Shown here: positions 46,999 through 57,900 of the stretch, one piece after another | Numbering within the stretch: the stretch's first letter is position 1 | How the letters are laid out: the number at the start of each line of letters is the position of its first letter | Source of the DNA: Cyanophora paradoxa CCMP329 | Lineage: Eukaryota; Plantae; Glaucophyta | DNA length: 64,000 nt | NCBI GenBank assembly: GCA_004431415.1 | Contig: QPMI01000605.1 | Coordinates: forward strand, 1 to 64,000 | Direction of reading: 5' to 3' | Position numbers and translations under genes: made by a program | The notes under the pieces: model-generated | Seen by the model: the letters and a program-made list of their open reading frames with translations, nothing else | Database searches by the model: none | What the model was told of the DNA's origin: nothing

Positions 46999-48225
46999 AT
47001 GGCACTCACTGGAACTACCCTGAAGGAACTCCTCGTAACTCCCGGTTCCGATCAAATTTATCTTTCCCCTGGTCTCCAAATCGGAACCAACCCCAAATAC
47101 AAACCATTCCTCGAGCAAGTTCGTCCCCGAGGCAACACTTTTGGCTTCAAGAATACCGCTTACTTCGATCTTCCTCGCAAACAACTCCTTGCTGGTGTTT
47201 CGCTCTATTTCAAGATTGCCACTGGTGGTGGTGTAGCCTGCACCCTCCCCAATGGTGGTTCTTCCTATATTAATGAGGTCCGCTTTGTTCATGGTGGTTT
47301 CAAGTATATCATCCCTGGTGACTGGATAACTGTTAACGCTCTGATTGATAATGATCATGCTACCATGAGCAGCATGTATGCTTCTCTTGGTTACTTCAAA
47401 GAACTTGATCGTGAAAGCACAGATGAGGCTATGGAATACATTGTGAAAATTCCCGCTGCTTTCTGGGATGATGCTTACTTCCCACTATGCACACTGGCGG
47501 ATATGCCAACAATCGAGGTTGATTTCCGTGATGCTGGGATAGTCAAAGTTCCTGCTGGTGGATCTGTTACATTTGCGGATTGCTCCCTGATCTGTCAATT
47601 TGTAAACATCGCTTCGGCTGAGGCTGAGACACTTTTGAAAATGGCAAATGAACAAGGTGGCATTCGCATTCCGATCACAGAGGTCATCCACAAGAAGACA
47701 CGAGCGCTCAAAACCGCTGATGCTGGTGAATCGGTTGAGGTGACACTCGCTAATGTTTCTGGTCTGGTTCATTCGATTCTCATGACAGTTCGAGAGGTGA
47801 ACAAACTTAACACCTACACTCACTCTGATTTCTGTGGTCATGTTTCGGATGTTAAGATCGATCAGTTCCAGATCTTCCACAACAATCGCTCCCTGGATAT
47901 CTCCAACAAACCCATTTCTGGTTTCCTCTCGGCTATCAATCACATTCCTTCTCATTACAAGGGTGTTACTGTTGGCAATACTACTTATGGATTCGAGAAT
48001 GGAAATATTTACGGAATCGTTCTTTCCAAATCTGGAAAAGATTCGCTTCGGAACAGTGTTATGGGTTACCAGGATTTCTTCAACAGCAGTTCCAGTTACA
48101 TGGATCTCACTGTTTCGGGATGCACTGATGCTGCTCCTGTTCAGGTTGATATCTATGCCCTACGACACAATGTTATGGTCCTCAATGGCTACAACATCTC
48201 TACCCTGAAAGTCTCGAACTTCTAA
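46999..48225 (+). CDS. Major capsid protein (double jelly-roll)
   Basis: AYFDLPR, YIIPGDW, KIPAAFW..AYFPLCTL, VSGLVHSIL and GYQDF..SSSSY; homologous by eye to the PLV-A capsid gene. Confidence 0.8.
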   Translation: MALTGTTLKELLVTPGSDQIYLSPGLQIGTNPKYKPFLEQVRPRGNTFGFKNTAYFDLPRKQLLAGVSLYFKIATGGGVACTLPNGGSSYINEVRFVHGGFKYIIPGDWITVNALIDNDHATMSSMYASLGYFKELDRESTDEAMEYIVKIPAAFWDDAYFPLCTLADMPTIEVDFRDAGIVKVPAGGSVTFADCSLICQFVNIASAEAETLLKMANEQGGIRIPITEVIHKKTRALKTADAGESVEVTLANVSGLVHSILMTVREVNKLNTYTHSDFCGHVSDVKIDQFQIFHNNRSLDISNKPISGFLSAINHIPSHYKGVTVGNTTYGFENGNIYGIVLSKSGKDSLRNSVMGYQDFFNSSSSYMDLTVSGCTDAAPVQVDIYALRHNVMVLNGYNISTLKVSNF

Positions 48226-48305
48226 AGTTCTTTTTCTTTCGTTATAGTAGAAAGCTCAAAATTAGTAGGTAAGGGGTTTATTTTGTTTTTTATCTTATTA
48301 CTGTA

Positions 48306-49073
48306 ATGGATAACACAGGAATGGATATTGATTTGAATGACATCCCAGAGTTTGAGCCTGCAAGAACAGTTAAATTAAGCACGCGTTTTTTATTATGTGG
48401 ACGCAGCAATTCTGGTAAGACAACTTACTGCAAATATCTACTTTATGAACTGAGGGATAAGATCGATCAGATTGTAGTCTTTAGTTCTACTGCGTTTACT
48501 GGTCAATTCAGAGATATAACGCATCCTGATAATATCTATGAGGAATGGGACGATAATGTAGTAGTGAAACTCATTAGCATGCAAAAGAAACGAATTGAGA
48601 ATAATGAGAAGCGTAATAATTTGGTTATAATCTTAGACGATATGATCGGTTCTTCTTTGGATATGCATAATTCGGCTGTGTTATCTAAATTGATCACTAC
48701 AGCCCGTCATTATTCGATTACAGTAATTATTAATACTCAACGTTTATGCTCAATTTCTACTACGATTCGTCGAAATGTTGAGTTCGTAGTATTTTTCAAT
48801 ATTCTCGGGAATGAGAAGGAGTTTAACTGCGCTTATGATGAGTATAATGGGGGTCTTGATAAAAAGACCTACAAGGAATTGCATAGACTGTGGGGTTATA
48901 ACTACCAAACAGTCATAACTGGATTGCAAGGGTATGATATAAAAGTATACACAGACCGGGCAATATTAACAGATGATGATATGAAGGGCTTTAAGAAGTT
49001 TGTTAAGAGACGAGCGATAAAAAAGAGAGAATCAATAAGAATTAGTAATGAACCTACGACGATTACGGTTTAA
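48306..49073 (+). CDS. A32-like DNA packaging ATPase
   Basis: GRSNSGKT, VIILDD and ARHYSITVIINTQ motifs. Confidence 0.92.
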   Translation: MDNTGMDIDLNDIPEFEPARTVKLSTRFLLCGRSNSGKTTYCKYLLYELRDKIDQIVVFSSTAFTGQFRDITHPDNIYEEWDDNVVVKLISMQKKRIENNEKRNNLVIILDDMIGSSLDMHNSAVLSKLITTARHYSITVIINTQRLCSISTTIRRNVEFVVFFNILGNEKEFNCAYDEYNGGLDKKTYKELHRLWGYNYQTVITGLQGYDIKVYTDRAILTDDDMKGFKKFVKRRAIKKRESIRISNEPTTITV

Positions 49074-49302
49074 TTTGGTCTTCTCAGATCTTCTACCTGT
49101 TCGAGTGTTACGTAATCTTCTGCTCTTTTCTTAATTGCTTTTGTGGCTCTCCCACTCAATTGTGTGATGTTTACATTACTGATATGCTGTGTTATCTCGT
49201 TTCCTATTATCTTACGACGATCGATTGGTGATAAATCGGGATCGTTAAATAGGTCTCACTTTGATGTGATAAATTCATGGGACAGGATTGTATGCGTCAT
49301 GG

Positions 49303-49707
49303 TCACAGGTTGTGGGTTTGTTTTTTGTGACTCGTCATTTTTTTGCCCGATGCGGCAAATTGCTTTAAAAAGAATTGCTGACGCTTTCGCTGCTGCTCAA
49401 ACGGAGTATTTCGAATGCATTCTTTTGGAACTTCGTGACATCCTTCCCATTTAATGGTCTCATTCTTTGATAGAATAAATACGATTTGGAAAGGATCATA
49501 ATTATCATCAATTAACACAGAAGAAAAGTAACCCGGTGAATCCTCCTTTTTAACGGATTTCATACAGTTTTCCAAAGCGTTTATGGTCATATTGAAATCA
49601 TTCCAATGAAACCAATATTTTTTTATCACCTCTTTCAATTCATTCGCTGTTTTCACTTGATTAAAAAGAGCGGTTGCGGTATCACGGGAAATAGTAATGA
49701 AACTCAT
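49303..49707 (-). CDS. Hypothetical protein; followed by a disrupted frame ending ...TLEQVEDLRRPN* at 49070
   Basis: 134-aa ORF with AAAAAATGA upstream (49741-49749). Confidence 0.45.
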   Translation of the reverse strand: MSFITISRDTATALFNQVKTANELKEVIKKYWFHWNDFNMTINALENCMKSVKKEDSPGYFSSVLIDDNYDPFQIVFILSKNETIKWEGCHEVPKECIRNTPFEQQRKRQQFFLKQFAASGKKMTSHKKQTHNL

Positions 49708-49934
49708 GTTTATAATGTAAATATCTTTATTTTTATAACGTCATTTTTTGCATGAATAGAAGCGGAGTAATGGCGGATTATTTTTATTTTCAGACTGAGA
49801 ATGGTTTAGATTTTATCGATTGAAGGATATCGGGAATCTCGTCGATTGAATACTGAGATTACTGAGTTTCTCGATTGGATTACTGAGAATCATACGGATA
49901 TTGTGAAAAGCAGTGAAATATATTGGGGTAATTT

Positions 49935-50203
49935 TTGGGTGTAATGCATATAACTTCGATTGATTAGATTTTAGATATAACTTCGATTAAATAAGATTTA
50001 AGATATAACTTCGATTAATTAATTTAAGATATAACTTCGATTAATAAGATTTAAGATATAACTTCGATTAAATAAAATAGATTGTGACTGAGGCTTACTG
50101 AGATTTACTGAGATTGGGGATTGGGTTACTGGGAATCATGCGGATATTGCTTGAAGGGGCAAATTATATTGGGGTAATTTTTGGGTGTAATGCTCACAGC
50201 TCA
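49935..50203 (-). repeat. PLV-B right TIR (269 bp)
   Basis: Reverse complement of 38903-39171, ending ...TGCTCACAGCTCA. Confidence 0.95.
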
Positions 50204-50209
50204 GACGCT
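50204..50209. other. Right target-site duplication GACGCT
   Basis: Identical to 14004-14009. Confidence 0.85.
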
Positions 50210-50308
50210 GTACAGAAGAATCTTGGTCTTTGCATCGCAGACGAAGGTCGCAGCCGGAACGGGATTGTCGTTGTCCATCGCGGCGTTGTAGAAAGTGCAC
50301 TTGACCAA
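50204..50308 (-). pseudogene. 5' half of the interrupted host exon
   Basis: After a TTTCAG acceptor it reads LVKCTFYNAAMDNDNPVPAATFVCDAKTKILLYSV, in frame with GRADIEQ at 14003-13983 once the insertion is removed. Confidence 0.65.
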
Positions 50309-51989
50309 CTGAAAGCCAAGCCGTGGTGAGGAAAATTACAACAGGTCGAGCGGTTAGAACATTAGCGCATACCCGATTCTCCGCGAATAAGTGGCGCCAC
50401 GTACTCGAAAAAAAAACACGCGCGTCGCCTCGCGCGAGCGTCAAACTCCCCGCATGCTAGCTAGCTGCATGCTCACAGATCCCGACGCCTAATTACATGG
50501 CCCCGCAGTCAGACGCATGGCGGGCCAATGACTACGTCGCCAACGTCTGAATATTTACATCGGTTTGACAAGATGGCGCGCGAGACCGACAGCAACGCTT
50601 TGCTTTAAGCATCGAAAACTACCCAGATTTCCCACGACTGTTGCTATTGCAACTGGCCTGCCTCACCAAATAGCGCGAGCCAGGAACGCTGTGCAATATC
50701 GTTAATTATGCTCCGAGGCTCTCGATTTAGTGATTCCGAGTGCGAGCACCTCCGCAGCCGCTGCACGTACGCTCGCGAAGAATCGAGCGCCGAACGAAAG
50801 GGATATAGACGTCGTGTACATGCGAGTCTTCGTACTCGACAGCGAAGAACCGCGCCGGGAGAGCTGTACTGGACGCCGCACCGTCGAGCCCATTCGCAGA
50901 CATGATGTCGATATTCTGCACGCAGAGGCGCGCGCGACAAAACCAAAATAAGCGATGGCATCGGTGCGCGAGATTCGAAAGCGCCGCAGATAAATTTCAA
51001 CGAGAACAGCACCGGCCGCGAACTTAACTCCGAAGGATACTGCAACTGATGCCAGCTATCGAGACCGCAATAACTCCCGTAGAGAAAAGTTGCGCAATAA
51101 TGTTTTCAATCGCTACCCATTCCTAATTCTTCTCCTGCTTAAATTCCCTTAATCCACTCCTTCCCTCTAGCACCCTCCGAAATAACTGCAGCGACTACAG
51201 TCCGTACTTACGTACCTGAAACAGAACTTCTCCCCTCAAATCATTTCTCCTTCACAGACGTTACTTGCGGTCGGCAATTAGTCTGCCCGAACTGCGGTCT
51301 CAAACGCGTTCAGTGCTCTCCGTCACGGCTCACATCGCCCATCAGCCTCAAAATATTCAAGCGAGCGCAGCATGGCATTCCAATCGAGCACCGAGGCGGT
51401 CTCAACCGTCGCCGCCACCGAGATCAAAAATACACCATCTGCTTGCGACCGGTCCGAGCGCGCCGCTCGCGCAACCGGCAAGAGCACGCATACTGCGTGT
51501 AAGTTAATTCTAATGTCTCTGCCCATATCCATCCACCTCCGATCACGCATGCAGGCGTTACTGGGATAATCACTGGCGAATTTCCTCAACGCACGCGCGC
51601 CGGAATGTATGCACTACGCGTCGCGACGGGAGACGATTTTCGATAGTGCGCGCACGCTCGCTTAACACGCGATGCGTGCGTTCACGGCGTCCCAGTGCGG
51701 AGCGCATCGTCAACATCCCCGTGCCCACCGAAGAGCAGCTCGCGATCGTCGCTGACACCATGGACCTCGACGCCTCGGGTGCGCCGATAATCAATGTACT
51801 TGAGTTAACACCTGAAAGAAAAGATAAAGTGCCTCAGAGGATAATAATGTACTTGTCTTCGCAGATAAAGTGACCTCGATAAAGTGAATATCCCCGTCCC
51901 TGTGCTTGCAGATTGAAACTTCTTGTTCAATCAACTCGAATAAATATTACGTGTGTACTCGCTAGGCTGGACTCGCTCCTCGCTATATA

Positions 51990-54900
51990 TACGGTAGCCA
52001 GCGAGCCAACTGTGACAGCCGCGAGGGCGGCCGCGAGGCTTCGCCGTACTTAGTGCTCCGCAGGAGCACGGATCTTGTCTCAAACCCAAAAACCGACGAT
52101 GTAAATTCCTTTTTTAACCTTTTTTTCCACTCGAGATCCCCCCTGCTAAATAATTTCCGTGTCGCACTCCCTCGAGGCAGAATTATTAATTCTGCCTCGA
52201 CACGGACGCGATTGCTGCGAGTCACTCACCCACCCGAACCCCCACAGACCTCTCTAGATCCATTTTTAGCGTCCTGGCTCCCCTAAGACGACCGCTCCCC
52301 CGTGGGCGTCGCGCGAATATCGAATTTCCCTCTGGATCAATTCCGGTACTTAACCTCCGACAAACGCGGTCCGGGTCAGAAGGTGGGACCCGGTCCCGCC
52401 CGGTCCCGCGACGAAATCGCGCCGGGGACGCCCCAGAACGATACAGAATGAGAGCCAAGGGCGCGCGCATCGCCGCAAGCTCGATTTCGGGCGCCGTCGA
52501 CGCTCCAGTGCGAAGAGTCGGCCGAAAATCTGATCCTGCCGGTTCCGTCCGGTCCTGCGGCGCGCGCAATCGATGCGTACTCGCGCGCATAGACATAGCA
52601 AGGCCTGCACCGTGGCACATCCCAGAAATCCGCTTTTCGGAACCGGAACAGTGCAGGAAGGTACCGGACAGCAAAAATTCGATCCTGCACAGGCCCGGGC
52701 ATCTTTCCGCGCGCCCACGCCGCCGCGCATCCGCGGGACAGTAGCATAAGCATTTGACATGTAGACGAAGCATTCTGCATGCGTTACAGATGCGCCAGGC
52801 CGCGAGGACCCAGCCGACCCCGAAAATTCGATCCTGGACGGACCTGAACATGTTTCTTTGCGCCCGCACATCCTCACGCATGCGCATCGCCAGTACTACG
52901 GTATATTCATTTGAGAGCTTTCTAAGGCTTTAAGCACGCTCTGCGGGCACCACAGAGCACGAGAACCCAGCCGATGTAAAAATTGGATCCTGGCCAGGCC
53001 TGGGCATATTTCCAGATATCCGCTTTTCGGAGCCGGAACAGCGCAGCAAGGTGCCCGGCGGCAAACATTCGATCCTGCCCAGCCCCGGACATCTTTCCCC
53101 GCGCCCACGCCGCGGCGCATGCATGGAACAATAGCATAAGCATCTGAGATGTAGATGAAGCATTCTGCACGCTTTACAGATCCGCCGGGCCGCGAGAACC
53201 CAGCCGACCCCGAGTTTTCAAAGCCTTTCGCAAGCTCTGCGGACGCGATGGAGTACGAGAACCCAGCCGACGCAAAATTTTCGATCCATGACCCATGGCC
53301 TGCCAGGCTGGCCTGGGCCCGCGTGGGCGGCGTGGCCTGGGGCTGGCTCAGCTAGCGTTTCCACAGGCTAGGGCCACTGGGCCAGCCGGCCATGGCCACG
53401 GGCCAGACAGCTAGATAGCCAACCAGCCTACTGTGACAGCCGTGAGGGCGTCTGCGAGGCTTCGCCGTACTTAGTGCTCCGCAGGAGCACGGCTCTTGTC
53501 CGTAGATCGATGGTGAACGTGCGGATTTATTTTTTTCCAATCGAGTCCGATTCATCCGAGCGTCCAGACTCGCAACCTCCACAATGAAGGCGAACGGTCT
53601 CCGACGTCACTTGGCTCGACACGGACATTACACTTATTTTTGGACTCGTGGCTCCCCTCAAATTCAGTCTGCACTCCTGGGTCCCCGCGCGAAAATCGAA
53701 TTTTCCCACCTTGATCGATTCCGGTATATATACCGCGGTTCGATCGCGAAATTCCAAAAAGTGGGACCCGGTCCCGCCCGGTCCCGCAACGAAAGCGCGC
53801 CAGGGACGCTCCAGAGCGGTCACAATGACAGCGAAGAGCACGCGTACCGCAGCAAGCTCGATTTCGGGCACCCTCGATGCTCCAGTCCGAAGAGTCGGCC
53901 GCAAATCTGATCCTGCCGGTTCCGGCCGGTCCCAGGACGCGCGCATTCGATGCGTACTGGCGCGCATAGACATAGCAGAGCCTGCGCATCCCAGAAATCC
54001 GCTTTCCGGAGGCGGAACAGTGCAGGAAGGCAAAAATTCGATCCTTCACAGGCCTGGACGTCGACATCTTTCCGCACGCCGACGCCGCGGCGCATGCGCG
54101 GATCAATACTATAAGCATTTCAGATGTAGAAGAAGCCTTTTGCACGGTCTCTAAATGCGCCGGGCCGCGAGGACCCAGCCGACCCCGAAAATTCGATCCT
54201 GGACGGGCCTGAACATCTTTCCGCGCACCCTCGGATCCTCACGCATGCCCATCGCTACAGTATTCCTTTGAGACCTCTACAAAGGCTTTCGCAAGCTCCG
54301 TGGCGGCGAGACAGCACGAGAACCCAGCCCACGCCAAATTTTCGATCCTGGACACGCCTACACATATTTCCGCGCGCCCTCGCCTCCACACCCCGCACCA
54401 ATTCCCCTAATTACAAAATTATATTCTCTCAGGAAATCTCCTCTCAGGACAACTCCTCCCCTAATTATATTCCCTCTCAGGATCCCTCCCCTCCCCTTTA
54501 ATTTCATCGCCCCGCCAGGCCCCACCGGCCCAGCCACGACGGCCCGCGATAAATAAGGGGACCGGGACGGGGACCGCGGCGACTCATGAAATAAATACGG
54601 GTGGGGCCACGACGGACCGCGATGAACAAGGGAGACGCGAAGGGGGCGGCAAGGGCTTCGCCCGATGTTTGGGACCCGCAGGGGCCCAGGGCTTGTCGGG
54701 CGAAGCCTCTTCCGTAGGTCGATGGTGAACGGGCGGATCTATTTTTTTTCCAATCGAGTCCGATTCATCCGAGTGTCCAGATTCGCAACCTCCGCAATGA
54801 AGGCGAACGGTCTCCGACGTGACACAGTAGAACTGACAGGCGCCCAACCTCCGCTGATTTATTTTCGCACTCACACCTCCCCTAGAATTCCGCCCATGAG

Positions 54901-57900
54901 CGTCGCGCGAAAATCGCATTTCCCTCACGGATCAATTCCGGTATTTATACCCAGGCGCGATCGCGAAACCCCAAAAAGTGGGACCCGGTCCCGCCCGGTC
55001 CCTCGACGGAAGCGCGCCACAGACACTCCAGAGCAATGCAAAATGACAGAACAGGGCGCGCGCATCGCTGCAAGCTCGATTTCGGCCGCCATCGACGCTC
55101 CAGTCCGAAGAGTCGGCCGAAATTTTGATCCATTCGGTTCCGTCCGGTCCCCCGGCGCGCGCAATCGATGCGTACTGGCGCGCATAGACATAGGAGGGCC
55201 TGCGCACTCCAGATATCCGCTTTTCGGAGCCGGAACAGCACAGAAAGGTCCCTCACGGCGAAAATTCGATCCAGCACAGCCCCGGACATCTTTCCGCGCG
55301 CCAACGCCGCGGGCATGCGCGGATCAATAGCATATATATGCCTTTGAGATGTAGAAGAAGCCTTTTGCACGGTCTCCAAATGCGCCGGGCCGCGAGGACC
55401 CAGCCGACCCCCAAAATTCGATCCTCGACAGGCCTGAACATCTTTTCGCGCGCCCTCGCGTCCTCACCCATGCCCCTCGCTACAGTATTCATTTTAGAGC
55501 TTTTCAAAGCCTTCTCCAACCTCTGCGGACGCGACGGAGCACGAGCAGCCAGCCGACACGAGAAGTTCGATCCTGGACAGGCCTGCACATATTTCTGCTT
55601 GCCCTCGCCTCCGCAGCCCTGGACATCGATCATGTATGTATCCGAGAGTCTGTTTAAGCGATTCACAAACTCTGCGCATGCGCCTGGCCGCGAGAACCTC
55701 GCCCCTTCCCTCAACAATCTTCTCTCAATTTCCTCAGGGCCTCGAGCTCAACTACAGCTAGCTGATTGGCAGCACCACTCCTCCCCTCATTATATTCTCT
55801 CTCATGATCAGCTGCACCAATTCTCCTTATTACAGAATTATATTCTCTCAGAACAACTCCTCTCAGGCCTGCCTCGCGATAAACTTGAAATAAGGGGACC
55901 AGGACGGGGACCGCGGCGATAAATAAGGGGACCAGGACGGGGACCCTTGCGACTCATGATTTAGGGTACGGGGAGGGGCGGGCCGCGACGGACCGCGATG
56001 CAAAAGGGGGACGCGAAGGGGGCGGCAGAGGCTTCGCCCGATGTTTGGGACCCGCAGGGGCCCAGGGCTTGTCGGGCGAAGCCTCTTCAGGCGAAGCCTC
56101 TTTCTCAAACCCAAAAACCAACGAGCCAAATTCCTTTTTTAACCTTTTTTTCCACTCGAGATCCCCCCTGCTAAATAATTTCCGTATCGACACTCCTCAA
56201 GGCAGAATTATTAATTCTTCCTCGACACGGACGCGATTGCCGCAAATAACACAGCTACTCTAACCCCCACAGACCTCTCTAGATCCATTTTTAGCGTCCT
56301 GACTCCCCTAAGACGACCGCTCTCCCGTGGGCGTCGCACGGATCTTGTCTCAAACCCAAAAACCGACGATGTAAATTCCTTTTTTAACCTTTTTTTCCAC
56401 TCGAGATCCCCCCTGCTAAATAATTTCCGTGTCGCACTCCCTCGAGGCAGAATTATTAATTCTGCCTCGACACGGACGCGATTGCTGCGAGTCACTCACC
56501 CACCCGAACCCCCACAGACCTCTCTAGATCCATTTTTAGCGTCCTGGCTCCCCTAAGACGACCGCTCCCCCGTGGGCGTCGCGCGAATATCGAATTTCCC
56601 TCTGGATCAATTCCAGTACTTAACCTCCGACAAACGCAGTCCGACTCAGAAGGTGGGATCCGGTCCCGCCCGGTCCCGCGACGAAACCGCGCCACGGACG
56701 CCCCAGAACGATACAGAATGACGCGCGAGGGCGAGCGCATCACCGCAAGGTCGATTTCGGGCGCCGTCGACGCTCCAGTGCGAAGAGTCGGCCGAAAATT
56801 TGATCCGGCCGGTTCCGCCCGGTCTCGCGACGCGCGCAATCGATGCGTACTGGCGCGCATAGACATAGCAGGGCCTGCGCACCCCCGAAATCCGCTTTTC
56901 GGAGCCGCAACAGCGCAGGAAGGTACCCGATGACAAAAATTCGATCCTGCACGGGCCCGGACATCTTTCCGCGCGCCCACGCTGCGGCGCATGCGCGGAA
57001 CGATAGCATAAGCATTTAAGATGTAGAAGAAGACTTCCGCACGGTCTCTAAATGCGCCGGGCCGCGGGGACCCAGCCAACCCCGAAAATTCGATCCTGTA
57101 CGGACCTGAACATCTTTCCGCGCGCCCTCGCATTCTCGCGCATGCGCATCGCTACAATATTCATTTGAGATTTTATCAAAGCCTTCCACAATCGAAGACG
57201 CGAAAGAGGACGAGAACCCAGCCGACGGCAAAAATTCGATCCTGCACGGACCCGGACATCTTTCCGCGCGCCCACGCCGCGGCGCATGCGCGGAACAATA
57301 GCATAAGCATCTGAGATGTAGAGCAAGCGTTTCGCACGCTTTACTGATGTGCCGGGCCGCGAGGGCCCAGCCGACCCCGAAAATTCGATCCTGGACGGAC
57401 CTGAACATCTTTCCGCGCGCCCTCGCATCCTCGCGCATGCGCATCGCTACAATATTCATTTGAGATTTTATTAAAGCTTTTCGCAAGCTCTGCGGACGCG
57501 ACAAGGCGCGGCAATCCAGCCGACGCAAAAATTCGATCCTGAACGGGCCTGCACAGCTTTCCGCGCGCCCTCGCCTCCGCAGCCCTGCACATCGATGCTA
57601 TATCCTTTCGACGTCCTGTTTAAGCGATGCGCAAGCTCTGTGCATGCGCCTGGCCGCGAGAACCTCGCCCCTCCCGGCCGCGGGCCTCCTTCCCAATAAT
57701 ATTATATAATTAATCTCCTCTCAAACTGCTCCACCCTTAATTTATTTCCTCAGCACATTAATATTCCTCTAGCCGGCCAGGGCTAGCTGGACTGGCCGTC
57801 AGCGAGCCAGCTTCCAGCCAGAAAGCTGTTCGCGATCGGCCAGGCCGCTGGCCACACTGGCCAGTGCCCAGGTGTGCCCTATAGGCTACTGTGACAGCCG

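Larger units (their letters stand above)
38903..50203. mobile_element. Endogenous Polinton-like virus B (11.3 kb, minimal)
   Basis: 269-bp TIRs with TG...CA ends; integrase, PolB-helicase, penton, major capsid protein and ATPase. Confidence 0.92.

Noticed and set aside
49948-50071. ATAACTTCG repeats resembling a loxP arm or a CRISPR array
   Set aside because: They are direct repeats with no inverted 13-8-13 layout, no unique spacers, and no recombinase or cas gene; they are TIR-internal repeats.
14010-50203. Classification as mavirus-type virophages or classical Mavericks
   Set aside because: No protease recognised, capsid proteins are only ~410-455 aa, and the helicase is SF1 fused to PolB; PLV fits better.
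50640-51880. Possible further host exons (minus strand 50727-50921; plus strand 51372-51873)
   Set aside because: Splice-like signals are present, but I could not build a confident gene model.
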